Assembly (NCBI GenBank): GCA_024276575.1 | Contig: JAJRWY010000312.1 | Location: 1,161 to 65,160 of the forward strand | Direction: 5' to 3' | Source of the DNA: Candidatus Binatota bacterium | GTDB lineage: Bacteria; Desulfobacterota; Binatia; UBA1149; CAITLU01 | DNA: 64,000 nucleotides | Shown: positions 41,642 to 51,080 of the stretch, piece by piece | Position numbering within the stretch: the stretch's first letter is position 1 | Layout: each line of letters starts with the position of its first letter | The notes under the pieces: model-generated | Databases searched by the model: none | The model's input: the letters and a program-made list of their open reading frames with translations, nothing else | Told to the model about the DNA's origin: nothing | Made by a program: the position numbers and the translations under genes

Positions 41642-42030
41642 TGTGAGCCTGAAGCAGTCTTCTTAGCCGACCCGTCCTCGTAGTTCCAACGCGGCGACTG
41701 TCCCCATAGCCTTTCGAGGTCGTAAAGAGCGCGGAACTGTTGTTGAAAGACGTGAACTACGATGTCGCCGTAGTCGAGAAGGGCCCAAAGCCCGTTTTCC
41801 AAGCCTTCTGTGGACAGGGGCCGCTTGGCCGAGCGGTCGCGCATGCCTTCTTCTATGCGGGCACAGATCGCGTCAACTTGAATGTGGGAGCGTCCGGTGC
41901 AGATGATGAAATAATCTGCTACCGAGGATCGCTCTGCTATATCTATTATGGTGATGTCCTGGGCTTTGCGCTCAGCGGCAAGATCGGCAATAGCGAGCGC
42001 TTGCTGCCGGGTCGATAAAGTTTCGCTCAA
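41638..42030 (-). CDS. rsfS: Ribosome silencing factor
   Basis: Iojap/RsfS pattern: DITIIDIAERSSVADYFIICTGRS..QV, WALLDYGDIVVHVF, and YDLERLW. Confidence 0.88.
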   Translation of the reverse strand: MSETLSTRQQALAIADLAAERKAQDITIIDIAERSSVADYFIICTGRSHIQVDAICARIEEGMRDRSAKRPLSTEGLENGLWALLDYGDIVVHVFQQQFRALYDLERLWGQSPRWNYEDGSAKKTASGSQ

Positions 42031-42036
42031 GTTTCG

Positions 42037-42741
42037 TCAACTCCGTTTGACTGCTCGGTACAGTCCATGTTCGAGGATGTAGCGGGCTACCGCAGGCCCG
42101 CACAGATCGGCAATTTCCCCGTCTTGACGGGCCCTTCGCCTGATTTCAGTCGAAGATATATCGAGGGCTGTGATTTGCTGGCCGATCACTCTGTGGCCGC
42201 TGCTGTGCAGGTAGCAGCCGGCTTCAGAATCATAACAAGCGTCGGACAGGGCGGCAATTGCAGGGAAAGGGGGCAGCTTAGCCTTTCCCCGGGGTTGGCT
42301 GCTGCCGCGGCCACCGGCGCGATCCAACTCGTGTCCGGGCCTGCCGGTTACTAACAAATGGCATAGCTCGAGGATCTCGCCCGCGCGGTACCAGGTGTCC
42401 AATTCGACGAAAGCATCCACGCCCAGAATCAAATACAACTCGCAGCCGGGGTAGCGCGTTCTCAGTGTCTTCAGCGTGTCGTATGTGTAGGAAAGGCCGG
42501 GCCGTCCGGCCTCCAAAGCGCTCGGCTCGAGGCGGGGGTCTTCGGCGGTCGCAAGACGTAACATTTCCATGCGGCATTGAACCGGGGCGGGTGTTTGGCC
42601 GGGTTTGTGGGGCGGGCGGGCCGAGAGCACCAACAATACTTTAGATAAATCGAAGTTGTGCGCACTGTCGCGGGCGCACGCGATGTGCCCGCGATGTACG
42701 GGATCGAAGGTGCCGCCGAGAATCCCCAGCTGCATCACCAC
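42037..42741 (-). CDS. nadD: Nicotinate-nucleotide adenylyltransferase
   Basis: GILGGTFDPVHRGH and ISSTEIRRR motifs, with a moderately long internal insertion. Confidence 0.87.
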   Translation of the reverse strand: MVMQLGILGGTFDPVHRGHIACARDSAHNFDLSKVLLVLSARPPHKPGQTPAPVQCRMEMLRLATAEDPRLEPSALEAGRPGLSYTYDTLKTLRTRYPGCELYLILGVDAFVELDTWYRAGEILELCHLLVTGRPGHELDRAGGRGSSQPRGKAKLPPFPAIAALSDACYDSEAGCYLHSSGHRVIGQQITALDISSTEIRRRARQDGEIADLCGPAVARYILEHGLYRAVKRS

Positions 42742-43998
42742 TTAACGCAACTGCCCCTGGCCGCGAACCACGTACTTGTAAGTGGTCAACTCTCGAAGCC
42801 CCATCGGTCCGCGGGCATGCAGGCGGTTGGTCGAAATACCGACTTCGGCTCCGAAACCGAACGCGAAGCCGTCGGTGAAACGAGTGGAGGCATTCACGTA
42901 TACGACGGCGGAGTCTACCCGGTCGAGGAACTTATCCGCCGCCACTTCGTCTACGGTGACGATGCTGTCGGAATGGCCGGACCCGTAGTGATTGACGAAA
43001 TCGATGGCTTCGTCGAGCGAGGAGACGACCTTGACTGCGACTATGAGGTCCAAATATTCACGCGACCAATCGTCTTCGACGGCTTGACGGGCACCGGGCA
43101 GTAGGGTGCAGGTTTTATCGTCGCCGCGTATCTCTACCCCGGCCTCTTCGAAGCGCGGCCCGATTGTGGCAAAGAATTCCTCGGCTACGCTTTCGTGGAC
43201 CAGCAGATTTTCCATCGCGTTGCACACGCCGGGCCGCTGGACCTTGGCGTTGAAGGCGATATCGGCAGCCATGGCCAAGTCGGCGGCGCTATCAACGTAG
43301 ACGTGGCAGACCCCTTCATAGTGCTTGATGACAGGAATGTTGGAATGTTGCGCCACCGCACGGACCAAACCGGGGCCTCCGCGGGGAATTATCACATCAA
43401 TGAATTCTTCCGCTTCGAGCATCGCCTGGGTGTCACTTCTTTCGGTGCTGCGTATCAGCTGAACGGCATCTTCAGGCACTCCGGCCGAGCAAAGTTCTTC
43501 AGCCAAGAGATCGGCGATGATGCTGTTCGAGGCGATAGCCTCTTTGCCGCCCTTCAGCACCACCGCGTTTCCGGATTTTACGCATAGGGCTGCGACGTCG
43601 GCGGTCACGTTGGGACGCGATTCGTAGATGACGCCGATTACTCCGATCGGGATGCGGCGTTGCTCTATGTCCAGCCCTGAAGGTGCCTGCCAGCTCCGTA
43701 TGGGCTCGAGCAGAGGATCGGGAAGTTCGGCCACCGCTTCCAGGCCTGCCGCCATCGACTCTATTCTTTCGCGACTGAGCAGCAGGCGATCCAGAAGTGC
43801 GGCGGAAAGGCCGCCGGCGCGCCCCGCTCCCAGGTCTTTGCGATTGCGTTCTTCGATCAAGGCCGCATCCCGGCGCAACCGTGTAGCGGCAGCCTGCAAG
43901 GCGGCACTACGCGTATTATCGTCGATCTGTGATAGCCGCTGCGCCGCGTGACGTGCGCGACGGCATAGATCGAGCACCGTCCCGTTGTTGTCGTTCAC
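42742..43998 (-). CDS. proA: Glutamate-5-semialdehyde dehydrogenase
   Basis: IGVIYESRPNVT, VLKGGKEA, catalytic Cys in GVCNAMENLLVH, and ASTRFTDG. Confidence 0.93.
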   Translation of the reverse strand: MNDNNGTVLDLCRRARHAAQRLSQIDDNTRSAALQAAATRLRRDAALIEERNRKDLGAGRAGGLSAALLDRLLLSRERIESMAAGLEAVAELPDPLLEPIRSWQAPSGLDIEQRRIPIGVIGVIYESRPNVTADVAALCVKSGNAVVLKGGKEAIASNSIIADLLAEELCSAGVPEDAVQLIRSTERSDTQAMLEAEEFIDVIIPRGGPGLVRAVAQHSNIPVIKHYEGVCHVYVDSAADLAMAADIAFNAKVQRPGVCNAMENLLVHESVAEEFFATIGPRFEEAGVEIRGDDKTCTLLPGARQAVEDDWSREYLDLIVAVKVVSSLDEAIDFVNHYGSGHSDSIVTVDEVAADKFLDRVDSAVVYVNASTRFTDGFAFGFGAEVGISTNRLHARGPMGLRELTTYKYVVRGQGQLR

Positions 43999-45170
43999 TT
44001 TCGGCCTCCTCGTTCACTGTTTCCTCCGCTTTGCTCCTCGACGTCGCGAAGCAGAACTAGGTCGTCTCGATGTATCAGTTCATCGCAAATGTAGTAACCC
44101 AACTCGCTCTCGATCGCGGAACTGGATTTGCCCAGTAGCGCCCGGCAGTCGCCGGCGTCATAGGAGACCAGTCCGCGGGCCACTTCGACGCCGTCTGCGG
44201 ATTCGCAGGCAACGCAAGCACCGGCACGGAAGTCACCGTGGGCTGCGGTCACACCTGCGGGCAACAAGCTTGCCCCACGTTCGCAGATTGCCTTGACCGC
44301 GCCCTCATCGAGCAGCAGGCGCCCCTGGACGGGTACTCCGTAGGCGATCCAGTACTTACGATTGGAGATCGGAGAATCCGACGGTAGGAACAGGGTGCCT
44401 ACCGAATCGTCCGCGCTCAAGATGCGCCCGAGAGTGCCCGCTTCGAGACCGTTGGCTACTACGACCGGTATGCCGCGATGGCCGGCGCTTCGCGCTGCGA
44501 GTAGCTTGCTTCGCATCCCGCCGCTTCCCAACCGGCCGGACTGTCCGCCCCCTGCGAGGTCGAGGCCTGGTCCTTTGATCACCTCGACGAGCTTGGAGCC
44601 TTGGGTCTGAGGGTCGCCCGAGTAGACCCCGTCGACGTCCGTGAGCATGATCAGTAAATCGGCCTCGGCGAGTCCGGCAACCAGCGCCGACAGGCGGTCG
44701 TTATCGCCGAACTTCAACTCGTCGATGGCTACCGAATCGTTTTCATTGACGATCGGGACGATGCGGTTCTCGAGTAGGTGGTTGAGCGTTCGTTTGGCGT
44801 TGATGTACTGGCTGCGATCGCGCAGGCCGGTCGCGGTCAGTAGCACCTGCCCAACGTGCTTGCCATGGTCGGCGAAAAATTCCTCGTACAGCGACATCAG
44901 GCCTATTTGGCCGATCGCCGCCGCCGCTTGCTGTTCGGGGATTCTAGTGGGCATGCGTTTCAAGCCCAGGCGCGCCAGCCCGGCTGCCCGCGCCCCGGAA
45001 GTGACGACGACGATCTCGTATCCGTCCTCGTGCAGCCTCGAGATCTCCGCGACGATGCGGCCTACGCGTTCGCGGTGCACTCCCGACTCGGTAGCAACGA
45101 TGCTGCTGCCCAGCTTGACGACCAAGCGTCGTGCCTGCCGGAACAGGCTGTGCTTATATTGCCTGTGCAT
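43995..45170 (-). CDS. proB: Glutamate 5-kinase (with PUA domain)
   Basis: VVKLGSS, IVNENDSV, FGDNDRLSA, GSGGMRSKL, and a C-terminal PUA-like region. 4-nt overlap with proA. Confidence 0.93.
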   Translation of the reverse strand: MHRQYKHSLFRQARRLVVKLGSSIVATESGVHRERVGRIVAEISRLHEDGYEIVVVTSGARAAGLARLGLKRMPTRIPEQQAAAAIGQIGLMSLYEEFFADHGKHVGQVLLTATGLRDRSQYINAKRTLNHLLENRIVPIVNENDSVAIDELKFGDNDRLSALVAGLAEADLLIMLTDVDGVYSGDPQTQGSKLVEVIKGPGLDLAGGGQSGRLGSGGMRSKLLAARSAGHRGIPVVVANGLEAGTLGRILSADDSVGTLFLPSDSPISNRKYWIAYGVPVQGRLLLDEGAVKAICERGASLLPAGVTAAHGDFRAGACVACESADGVEVARGLVSYDAGDCRALLGKSSSAIESELGYYICDELIHRDDLVLLRDVEEQSGGNSERGGRK

Positions 45171-45284
45171 CTCTCGTCTCTCGTCGATTCCTGCCGTCCC
45201 TACGGTTCCTGCAAATTCTATTGCCGCTGCGATCCGAGCCCCCCGGCTCCGTTACCGCTGCTATGGCGCCGGCGTGTTTTTACA

Positions 45285-46334
45285 TCAGTCGGTAGCGGCA
45301 GAACCCGGGTCAACCTCAGCCTGCCTCGCTCGCAGTTCCACAACTTTACGGCCGAGCATGGAGATAATTTCCCGGCAGCCTTCGCCGGTGGCCGATGACA
45401 GCGCGAGGAGTTCGAGTCCACGCTGTTCGAAGTATCGTTTCAGTTCGGGAAACATCGCCGCCGATTCCGGCAGGTCTAGCTTCGACATCGCGACCACCTG
45501 CGGACGTCGCACTATCTGTGGCGAGTAAGACTCCAATTCCGCGTTCACCGCGTCGAAATCCCTCATTACCTGCTCGGGGCCCTTCATGCTGGCATCGAGC
45601 AGGTGCAGTAGCATGGCACTGCGGCTTACATGCTTGAGAAACTGCAACCCCAATCCGTGGCCTTCGTGGGCGCCCTCTATCAAGCCGGGGAGGTCGGCGA
45701 TTACGAAACTTCCTCCATCCTCGTTCCACTTTACCACGCCGAGCGTGGGGGCGAGCGATGTGAATGGATACGCGCCGATCTTGGGCTTGGCTGCACTTAC
45801 GCGTGCCACCAAGCTCGATTTCCCGGCGTTCGGCAAGCCTATCACTCCGACATCCGCCAGTAGCCTGAGTTCCAGACGCAAGTTACGTTTCTCGCCAGGC
45901 GTGCCAGGGTCGGCCCGGCGCGGAGCCTGATTGACCGAGGTGGCGAATCGAGCGTTGCCACGGCCGCCGCGGCCACCGTACACCAGTACCGCCTCCTGCC
46001 CAGGACGCGTCAAGTCGGCTATGGTTTCGCCACTGCTCTCGTCGATGATCAAAGTTCCGACCGGAACCGTCAGGACCGTGTCCCGTGCGGCCGCGCCGTG
46101 CCGGCTCTTGCCGCTACCGTTTTCTCCGCGGTCGGCCTTGATCAAGTCTTTGTAGCGGTAGTCGAGCAGGGTGCTCATGCCGGCATCGGCGATGGCGATG
46201 ATGGAGCCCCCGTCGCCCCCGTCGCCCCCGGCAGGGCCACCCTTGGGCCGGTACTTCTCCCGCAGAAAAGCGCTACAGCCGTCGCCCCCGTCGCCTGCCC
46301 AAACCCGAAGCCGGGCTTCGTCGACGAATGTCAT
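45285..46334 (-). CDS. obg: GTPase Obg/CgtA
   Basis: Obg fold N-terminus FVDEARLRVWAGDGGDGCSAFLREKYRPKGGPAGGDGGDGG, G1 GLPNAGKSS, and G3 DLPGLIEGA. G4 reads SKLD instead of NKxD. Confidence 0.92.
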   Translation of the reverse strand: MTFVDEARLRVWAGDGGDGCSAFLREKYRPKGGPAGGDGGDGGSIIAIADAGMSTLLDYRYKDLIKADRGENGSGKSRHGAAARDTVLTVPVGTLIIDESSGETIADLTRPGQEAVLVYGGRGGRGNARFATSVNQAPRRADPGTPGEKRNLRLELRLLADVGVIGLPNAGKSSLVARVSAAKPKIGAYPFTSLAPTLGVVKWNEDGGSFVIADLPGLIEGAHEGHGLGLQFLKHVSRSAMLLHLLDASMKGPEQVMRDFDAVNAELESYSPQIVRRPQVVAMSKLDLPESAAMFPELKRYFEQRGLELLALSSATGEGCREIISMLGRKVVELRARQAEVDPGSAATD

Positions 46335-46358
46335 GGATTCCGCCTGTCGCGAGCGCGA

Positions 46359-46613
46359 TCAGGCCGGGTAGACGCTGACTTTCTTCCGGCTACGCCCGTA
46401 GCGCTCATAGCTGATGACGCCGTCAGTGGTGGCAAACAAAGTGTAGTCACGGCCCATGCCCACGCCGTTGCCTGGATGGATGCGCGTGCCGAGCTGGCGT
46501 ACGATGATATTGCCGGCTACCACCGACTCTCCCCCGAACTTCTTCACGCCGCGTCGCTGGCCGCGGGTATCGCGACCGTTGCGGCTGCTGCCTTGACCTT
46601 TTTTATGTGCCAT
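46359..46613 (-). CDS. rpmA: 50S ribosomal protein L27
   Basis: [23 protein letters not shown]...GRDYTLFA. The conserved RQRGT reads RQLGT. Confidence 0.93.
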   Translation of the reverse strand: MAHKKGQGSSRNGRDTRGQRRGVKKFGGESVVAGNIIVRQLGTRIHPGNGVGMGRDYTLFATTDGVISYERYGRSRKKVSVYPA

Positions 46614-46668
46614 TTCGCTATTCCGCGGTATCGGGACAAGCCCGTAGTTGACGTCTGCAGCGACGCTG

Positions 46669-46980
46669 TTAGTTGACGGCGGTTATCTCCACCGTGGTTT
46701 CCCACTGCCGGTGCCCTTGGCGCCGGCGGTAGTTCTTGCGGCGTTTTTTCTTGTAAACCAGGATCCTATGGCCACGGCCTTGGTGCAGGATCACCGCTTT
46801 GACCGAGGCGCCGGGAACCAATGGTGTCCCTACTTCCACGCCGTCACCGCCACCGCGAAGGAGTACTTCCTCGAACTCCACCGCGTCGCCGGGGGCGCCG
46901 TCGCACTTCTCGATCGTAAGCCGGGTGCCTGGAGCCACCCGGTACTGTTTTCCACCGGTCTTTATTACTGCATAGCTCAT
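46669..46980 (-). CDS. rplU: 50S ribosomal protein L21
   Basis: [15 protein letters not shown] ... [13 protein letters not shown]. Confidence 0.93.
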   Translation of the reverse strand: MSYAVIKTGGKQYRVAPGTRLTIEKCDGAPGDAVEFEEVLLRGGGDGVEVGTPLVPGASVKAVILHQGRGHRILVYKKKRRKNYRRRQGHRQWETTVEITAVN

Positions 46981-47114
46981 CGCCGTTTCCTCGAAAGCTA
47001 GCCAAATTGGCGTGGTTACCGTGTGATGTCAATCCCCGTGCCTAGAGTCTGGAGGCCCTCGATAACGAAGGCCTGGGTTTGCCAAGGCCGGCTGTTGCGG
47101 GTTTGGAAGGAACT

Positions 47115-47849
47115 ATGAGCATGGGAGCCGCTAGATTGCGAGAAACGGTTGTGAAAGAGGTTCCATCCTATATTTTCGCGAAGGAGCCGGTCGAGGGACG
47201 GGTCAAAACCCGCTTGTGTCCACCGCTAAGCCCACAGCAAGCCGCACGCTGCCACCTTGCCTTCGTCTCGGATATCGTTACGCGTACGGCGAAGCTCGAT
47301 GGTGCGGCCGTCCACCTTGCCTGTTCTCCCGATGGGGCAAGCCCGGTGTTGGCTCGGCTGGCCGGAGAGGCGGGCGTTGAACTGGTGGCCCAAGGCGAGG
47401 GTGATCTTGGTGAGCGCATGGGCCGGGCGCTGCAGCGGTCGGTGGGAGATTCCGGCGCTGGGTTGATCCTGGGCGCCGATGTGCCCGATCTTCCATTGGG
47501 TGTTCTGGAGCGCGCTCTGTGGCAGGTCAGCACAGGCGGTAGCGACGTAGTGTTGGGGCCGGCTGAAGACGGAGGATACTACTTGATCGGCGCCCGTTGC
47601 GAGGTGCCGGGGCTTTTCGATATCGAAGCTGAATGGGGTGGCAGCGGCGTTCTCGAGGCGACCGTGCGTAGGATCGAAAATGCGGGGGCTTCTTTTGCAT
47701 TGCTCCCGCGCTGGTGCGACGTAGACTCATACGGGGATCTAGTGCGCTTGGCCGGGCGTTTGCGTGGCACTGCGCCGGGTGCGCAAACGGACAGCCGGGC
47801 TACGCGCAAGCTGCTTGGGGAATTGGTTGCCGAAGGAGTCTCGCTCTGA
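47115..47849 (+). CDS. DUF2064 / TIGR04282-family nucleotidyltransferase-fold protein
   Basis: FAKEPVEGRVKTRLCPPL, LGADVPDLP, and VVLGPAEDGGYYLIG. ATG 47115 is preceded by GGAAGGAA. Confidence 0.7.
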   Translation: MSMGAARLRETVVKEVPSYIFAKEPVEGRVKTRLCPPLSPQQAARCHLAFVSDIVTRTAKLDGAAVHLACSPDGASPVLARLAGEAGVELVAQGEGDLGERMGRALQRSVGDSGAGLILGADVPDLPLGVLERALWQVSTGGSDVVLGPAEDGGYYLIGARCEVPGLFDIEAEWGGSGVLEATVRRIENAGASFALLPRWCDVDSYGDLVRLAGRLRGTAPGAQTDSRATRKLLGELVAEGVSL

Positions 47850-48904
47850 GGCGTATCGCAGTCTTTCGCTGGGACATCGACAAGACCTACCTCGATTCGG
47901 ACTTCGAGTCGTTGCGCGCACTGATGCGTGTGCCATTTGAAAAAGGCCGCGATAAAGTGGCGCTGCCGGGTGTGGTGGAACTGATAAAGGGATTGCGCAC
48001 GACTGCCTCGAAGCAGGGGCGCGACAGCCGTCTCTTCTTCATCACCGCGTCACCTCCGCAGATCGGGACAGCCATTCGCGACAAGCTCGAGCTTGATGGT
48101 ATCGACTACGATGGTATCGGCTTCAAAAACCAGTTCCGCCATTTGATGCGCGGAGACTTCGGAGCCTTACGCGAGCAACTTGGCTATAAGCTCAGTGAAC
48201 TGCTCGGCGGCCTCGCGCAGATCCCTCCGGGATCCCGGGAATACCTGTTCGGTGATGACTGGGAGTCGGATCCTTTCGTGTATTCGCTCTATGCCGACAT
48301 CGTGGACGGCCGCGTCGGCGCGGGCCGGGTCCTGAGTTTGCTCGAGAAAGCGGGTGTGGAGGATCTTTACGTATCCAAGGTCGAGAGGTTCCTGGCGCTT
48401 CGTGAGGATCGCGGACATCGCGTTGGCGGGATCTATATTTTGCGCCAGCGCATGCGCCGGGCCGAGGAACTCGAGTGTTTCGGCCGCCGCTTGTCTTGGT
48501 TCGATGACTATTTCGAAGCGGCGCTCTTGCTCCATTGTGAACGGCTGCTGTCGTCCGAGGCGGTTTGTGAGATTGCCGCCGCCACGCGGTTCGGGCCTGC
48601 GCACTTGAGCGCTTGCTTAGAGGGGGTGGCTTCGGGCGGAAATCGCCGCAGTTTCAAGGTACCGGCGTCGTTGCGACGACAGCTATTTGGCGCCGGCTTG
48701 CTGGAACCCAGCTCCGGGGCCGGGCCGGTCGCTGCCTTCTTCGCCCCGGCGCTGCAGTCATGTAGACGGGCGCTGAACGCCTTGCGAGCAGCCGGTGCAG
48801 TGCCCGCCTACGAGCGTTTGCTCCCGACTTGGTCGAAGCGTGCCAAACGTGGTGCCGAGTCGGAGCTGGGAGAGAAGCATGAAAGTCGAGAAGCCGCAGA
48901 ATGA
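47714..48904 (+). CDS. HAD-superfamily-like phosphatase (App1/DUF2183-like); start uncertain
   Basis: DxDxT motif WDIDKTYL, FFITASP, and FGDDWESDPFVY. The conserved region begins right after the DUF2064 stop, and the only canonical upstream start (GTG 47714) implies a 136-nt overlap. See findings. Confidence 0.55.
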   Translation: MRRRLIRGSSALGRAFAWHCAGCANGQPGYAQAAWGIGCRRSLALRRIAVFRWDIDKTYLDSDFESLRALMRVPFEKGRDKVALPGVVELIKGLRTTASKQGRDSRLFFITASPPQIGTAIRDKLELDGIDYDGIGFKNQFRHLMRGDFGALREQLGYKLSELLGGLAQIPPGSREYLFGDDWESDPFVYSLYADIVDGRVGAGRVLSLLEKAGVEDLYVSKVERFLALREDRGHRVGGIYILRQRMRRAEELECFGRRLSWFDDYFEAALLLHCERLLSSEAVCEIAAATRFGPAHLSACLEGVASGGNRRSFKVPASLRRQLFGAGLLEPSSGAGPVAAFFAPALQSCRRALNALRAAGAVPAYERLLPTWSKRAKRGAESELGEKHESREAAE

Positions 48905-49223
48905 TCCCGCGTTGTTGGTGCTGAGTACCACAGCCGACGAGGAGTCGGCACGGAAACTGTCGTCTGCGTTGGTCGAGGAAGGGCTGGCCGCATGCGTTAC
49001 CCGAGTTGCCGCAGCGTCCGTGTATCGTTGGGAAGGCAAGGTCGAGAGCGGGCCCGAATGTCTACTGCTCATAAAGACACTTGCGAGCAATTGGGAGCGG
49101 CTTGTCGAACGCCTAAAACAGTTGCACGCTTACGAAACCCCGGAGTTGATATCTTTCGAAGCGGCGAAAGTCGAGAGCGCTTATTTTTCTTGGCTGCTCA
49201 GTAGTTGCAGATCTTCTTCGTGA
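48879..49223 (+). CDS. cutA: Divalent-cation tolerance protein CutA
   Basis: ATG 48879. LVLSTTADEESARKLSSALVEEGLAACV, YRWEGKVE, and HAYETPE are typical of CutA1. Confidence 0.8.
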   Translation: MKVEKPQNDPALLVLSTTADEESARKLSSALVEEGLAACVTRVAAASVYRWEGKVESGPECLLLIKTLASNWERLVERLKQLHAYETPELISFEAAKVESAYFSWLLSSCRSSS

Positions 49224-50008
49224 TCTGCGGTGCCGGCGAGCGCCGATCCCGCGGGTTCTTGTCCCGGGATGAAGCTTTCGCGGACGATCAAAGTGTCGAA
49301 ACCGCGTGATTGTAATTGAGCAGACGCGGCGCGGGCTGCAGCCTTGTTTGCAAAAAGTCCCAAGCGCACCCGGTAGAAACGTGAGAGCAAGTCCGGGTCT
49401 TTTATGTAGAAAGCCGCATCGCCCGCGGTGTCCAGGCCGATTCCATCGATGAATGTTCGCGCGCGTCCGGGAAACTTGAAGGCGCCGATCTGCACCGAGA
49501 AAGCCTGCTCCGGCCAACTCGTAAGGCGTTCGTCGAGTACCTCGAGTTCGACTTCAGCGACTCCCTTTTCGAGTATCCCGAGCCGGATGGCGGCGGCACG
49601 CGAGATGTCAAGTATGCGTTCCCGTACGTAGGGCCCGCGGTCGTTCACGCGAACATCCACGCTGCGCCCGCTTGCTAGGTCCCGCACTCTTATCTTGGTG
49701 TCGAAGGGCAGTGTCCTGTGAGCTGCGGTCATAGCCTCGCGGTCGAAATATTCACCGTTGGCGGTCCGCCGCCCATGAAAGGCATCGCCGTACCAAGAGC
49801 ACAGCCCTTTCTGGGTGAGCGCGGGACGCGGCGGTGGGGGAGTTTGCTCGGCGGCGGCTTTCACGGGGAGGGTGGCTTGGGGAGCCGGCGTGGCCCGCAG
49901 CGGCTCTGCTGCCGGCGGTTTGCCCGCCGAGCAGGCGCTCAGGGTCAAAGCTGCCAGCGCTGCCGCGGTAGCGTTAGGAATGCGCTGCCATGATTCTACC
50001 GACAACAT
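49181..50008 (-). CDS. rlpA: Septal ring lytic transglycosylase RlpA family lipoprotein with SPOR domain
   Basis: ATG 50008, lipobox LTLSAC, DPBB domain GLCSWYGDAFHGRRTANGE...TAAHRTLPF...VRVNDRGPY, and a C-terminal SPOR-like repeat. Confidence 0.8.
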   Translation of the reverse strand: MLSVESWQRIPNATAAALAALTLSACSAGKPPAAEPLRATPAPQATLPVKAAAEQTPPPPRPALTQKGLCSWYGDAFHGRRTANGEYFDREAMTAAHRTLPFDTKIRVRDLASGRSVDVRVNDRGPYVRERILDISRAAAIRLGILEKGVAEVELEVLDERLTSWPEQAFSVQIGAFKFPGRARTFIDGIGLDTAGDAAFYIKDPDLLSRFYRVRLGLFANKAAARAASAQLQSRGFDTLIVRESFIPGQEPAGSALAGTADHEEDLQLLSSQEK

Positions 50009-50182
50009 CGCGGTGCGAGTGTGGCTGAAATCTGCGAGATCACGCAAACGCACCCTGTGTAGCTTTCTTTCGCATAGGCACGCGATTGCCCGACCGCAGT
50101 GGCGGGCTAGCCCACGTTTACTAGCGGCGGCTGCTATGCTATCGATGCGAACAAGAGGCAAAAGGAGCAGGCGAGTAAGTAA

Positions 50183-50932
50183 ATGTCAGGTCACTCTAAG
50201 TGGAGTTCCATCAAGCACAAGAAGGCGGCCAACGATGCCAAGCGTGGCAAGCTGTTCACCAAGCTGATCAAGGAACTTACCATCGCGGCGCGATTGGGCG
50301 GTAGTGATGCCGACGCGAACCCCAGGCTGAGAACGGCGATCAATAACGCCCGTGCTCAGAGCATGCCCAACGACAACATCGAGCATGCGATCAAGAAGGG
50401 CGCCGGGGAACTCGAAGGCGCCGACTATGTGGAGGTTACCTACGAAGGTTACGGCGCCGGGGGGATGGCGGTGATGCTCGAGGCCTTGACCGACAACAAG
50501 AATCGCACAGTGGCCGACATCAGGCACCTTTTCAGCAAGCACGGCGGTAATCTAGGGGAGAATAATTGCGTGAGTTGGATGTTCGACCGGGTCGGCCAGA
50601 TTCGCGTTGCTGCCGAGGGAGTGGAGGAAGAGGATGTCTTTGAGATGGCGGTGGAAGCCGGGGCCGACGATGTAGCCGGCGAAGACGATTCCTTCGTGGT
50701 GACTACCGCCGTGGACCAACTTGAAAACGTGCGCTCGGCTCTAGAAGCGGGCGGACTTCGAATCGAGGCCGCCGAGATCGCGTTGGTTCCGCAAAACTTC
50801 GTCAAGCTGTCGGGGGGGGATGCAGCGAGAGCGCTGAAGCTCATCGACGCCCTGGAAGACAACGACGACGTCCAAAGAGTCTCGGCCAATTTCGAAATCG
50901 ACGACGAGGAACTCAAACGGCTTTCCGCTTGA
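50183..50932 (+). CDS. YebC/PmpR family DNA-binding transcriptional regulator
   Basis: MSGHSKWSSIKHKKAANDAKRGKLFTKL, the canonical YebC N-terminus. Confidence 0.92.
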   Translation: MSGHSKWSSIKHKKAANDAKRGKLFTKLIKELTIAARLGGSDADANPRLRTAINNARAQSMPNDNIEHAIKKGAGELEGADYVEVTYEGYGAGGMAVMLEALTDNKNRTVADIRHLFSKHGGNLGENNCVSWMFDRVGQIRVAAEGVEEEDVFEMAVEAGADDVAGEDDSFVVTTAVDQLENVRSALEAGGLRIEAAEIALVPQNFVKLSGGDAARALKLIDALEDNDDVQRVSANFEIDDEELKRLSA

Positions 50933-51080
50933 GCCAGGAATCCTTTGACCAGATTGTCTCAGGCGCCTGCTTGGGGCCGGAGCCGGGCGCGAATCGTTTC
51001 GGTGGGCCGGCCGCTTGTTGGGCGGCCTTCTCGTTTGCGCGGAGTCGGCACGCTGCCGGCCCTCGTTGCCGGATTTCGCC

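Noticed and set aside
45484-45498. Obg G4 motif reads SKLD instead of NKxD
   Set aside because: The Ser codon (TCG) differs from Asn codons at several positions, so it is not a simple base error. (T/S)KxD variants are tolerated in some GTPases. I treat it as natural variation.
44641-45528. 295-aa ORF on the plus strand
   Set aside because: It is antisense to proB and the obg 3' end. Its composition is Ser/Arg/Ala-rich, it has no motifs, and the real genes on the other strand are certain.
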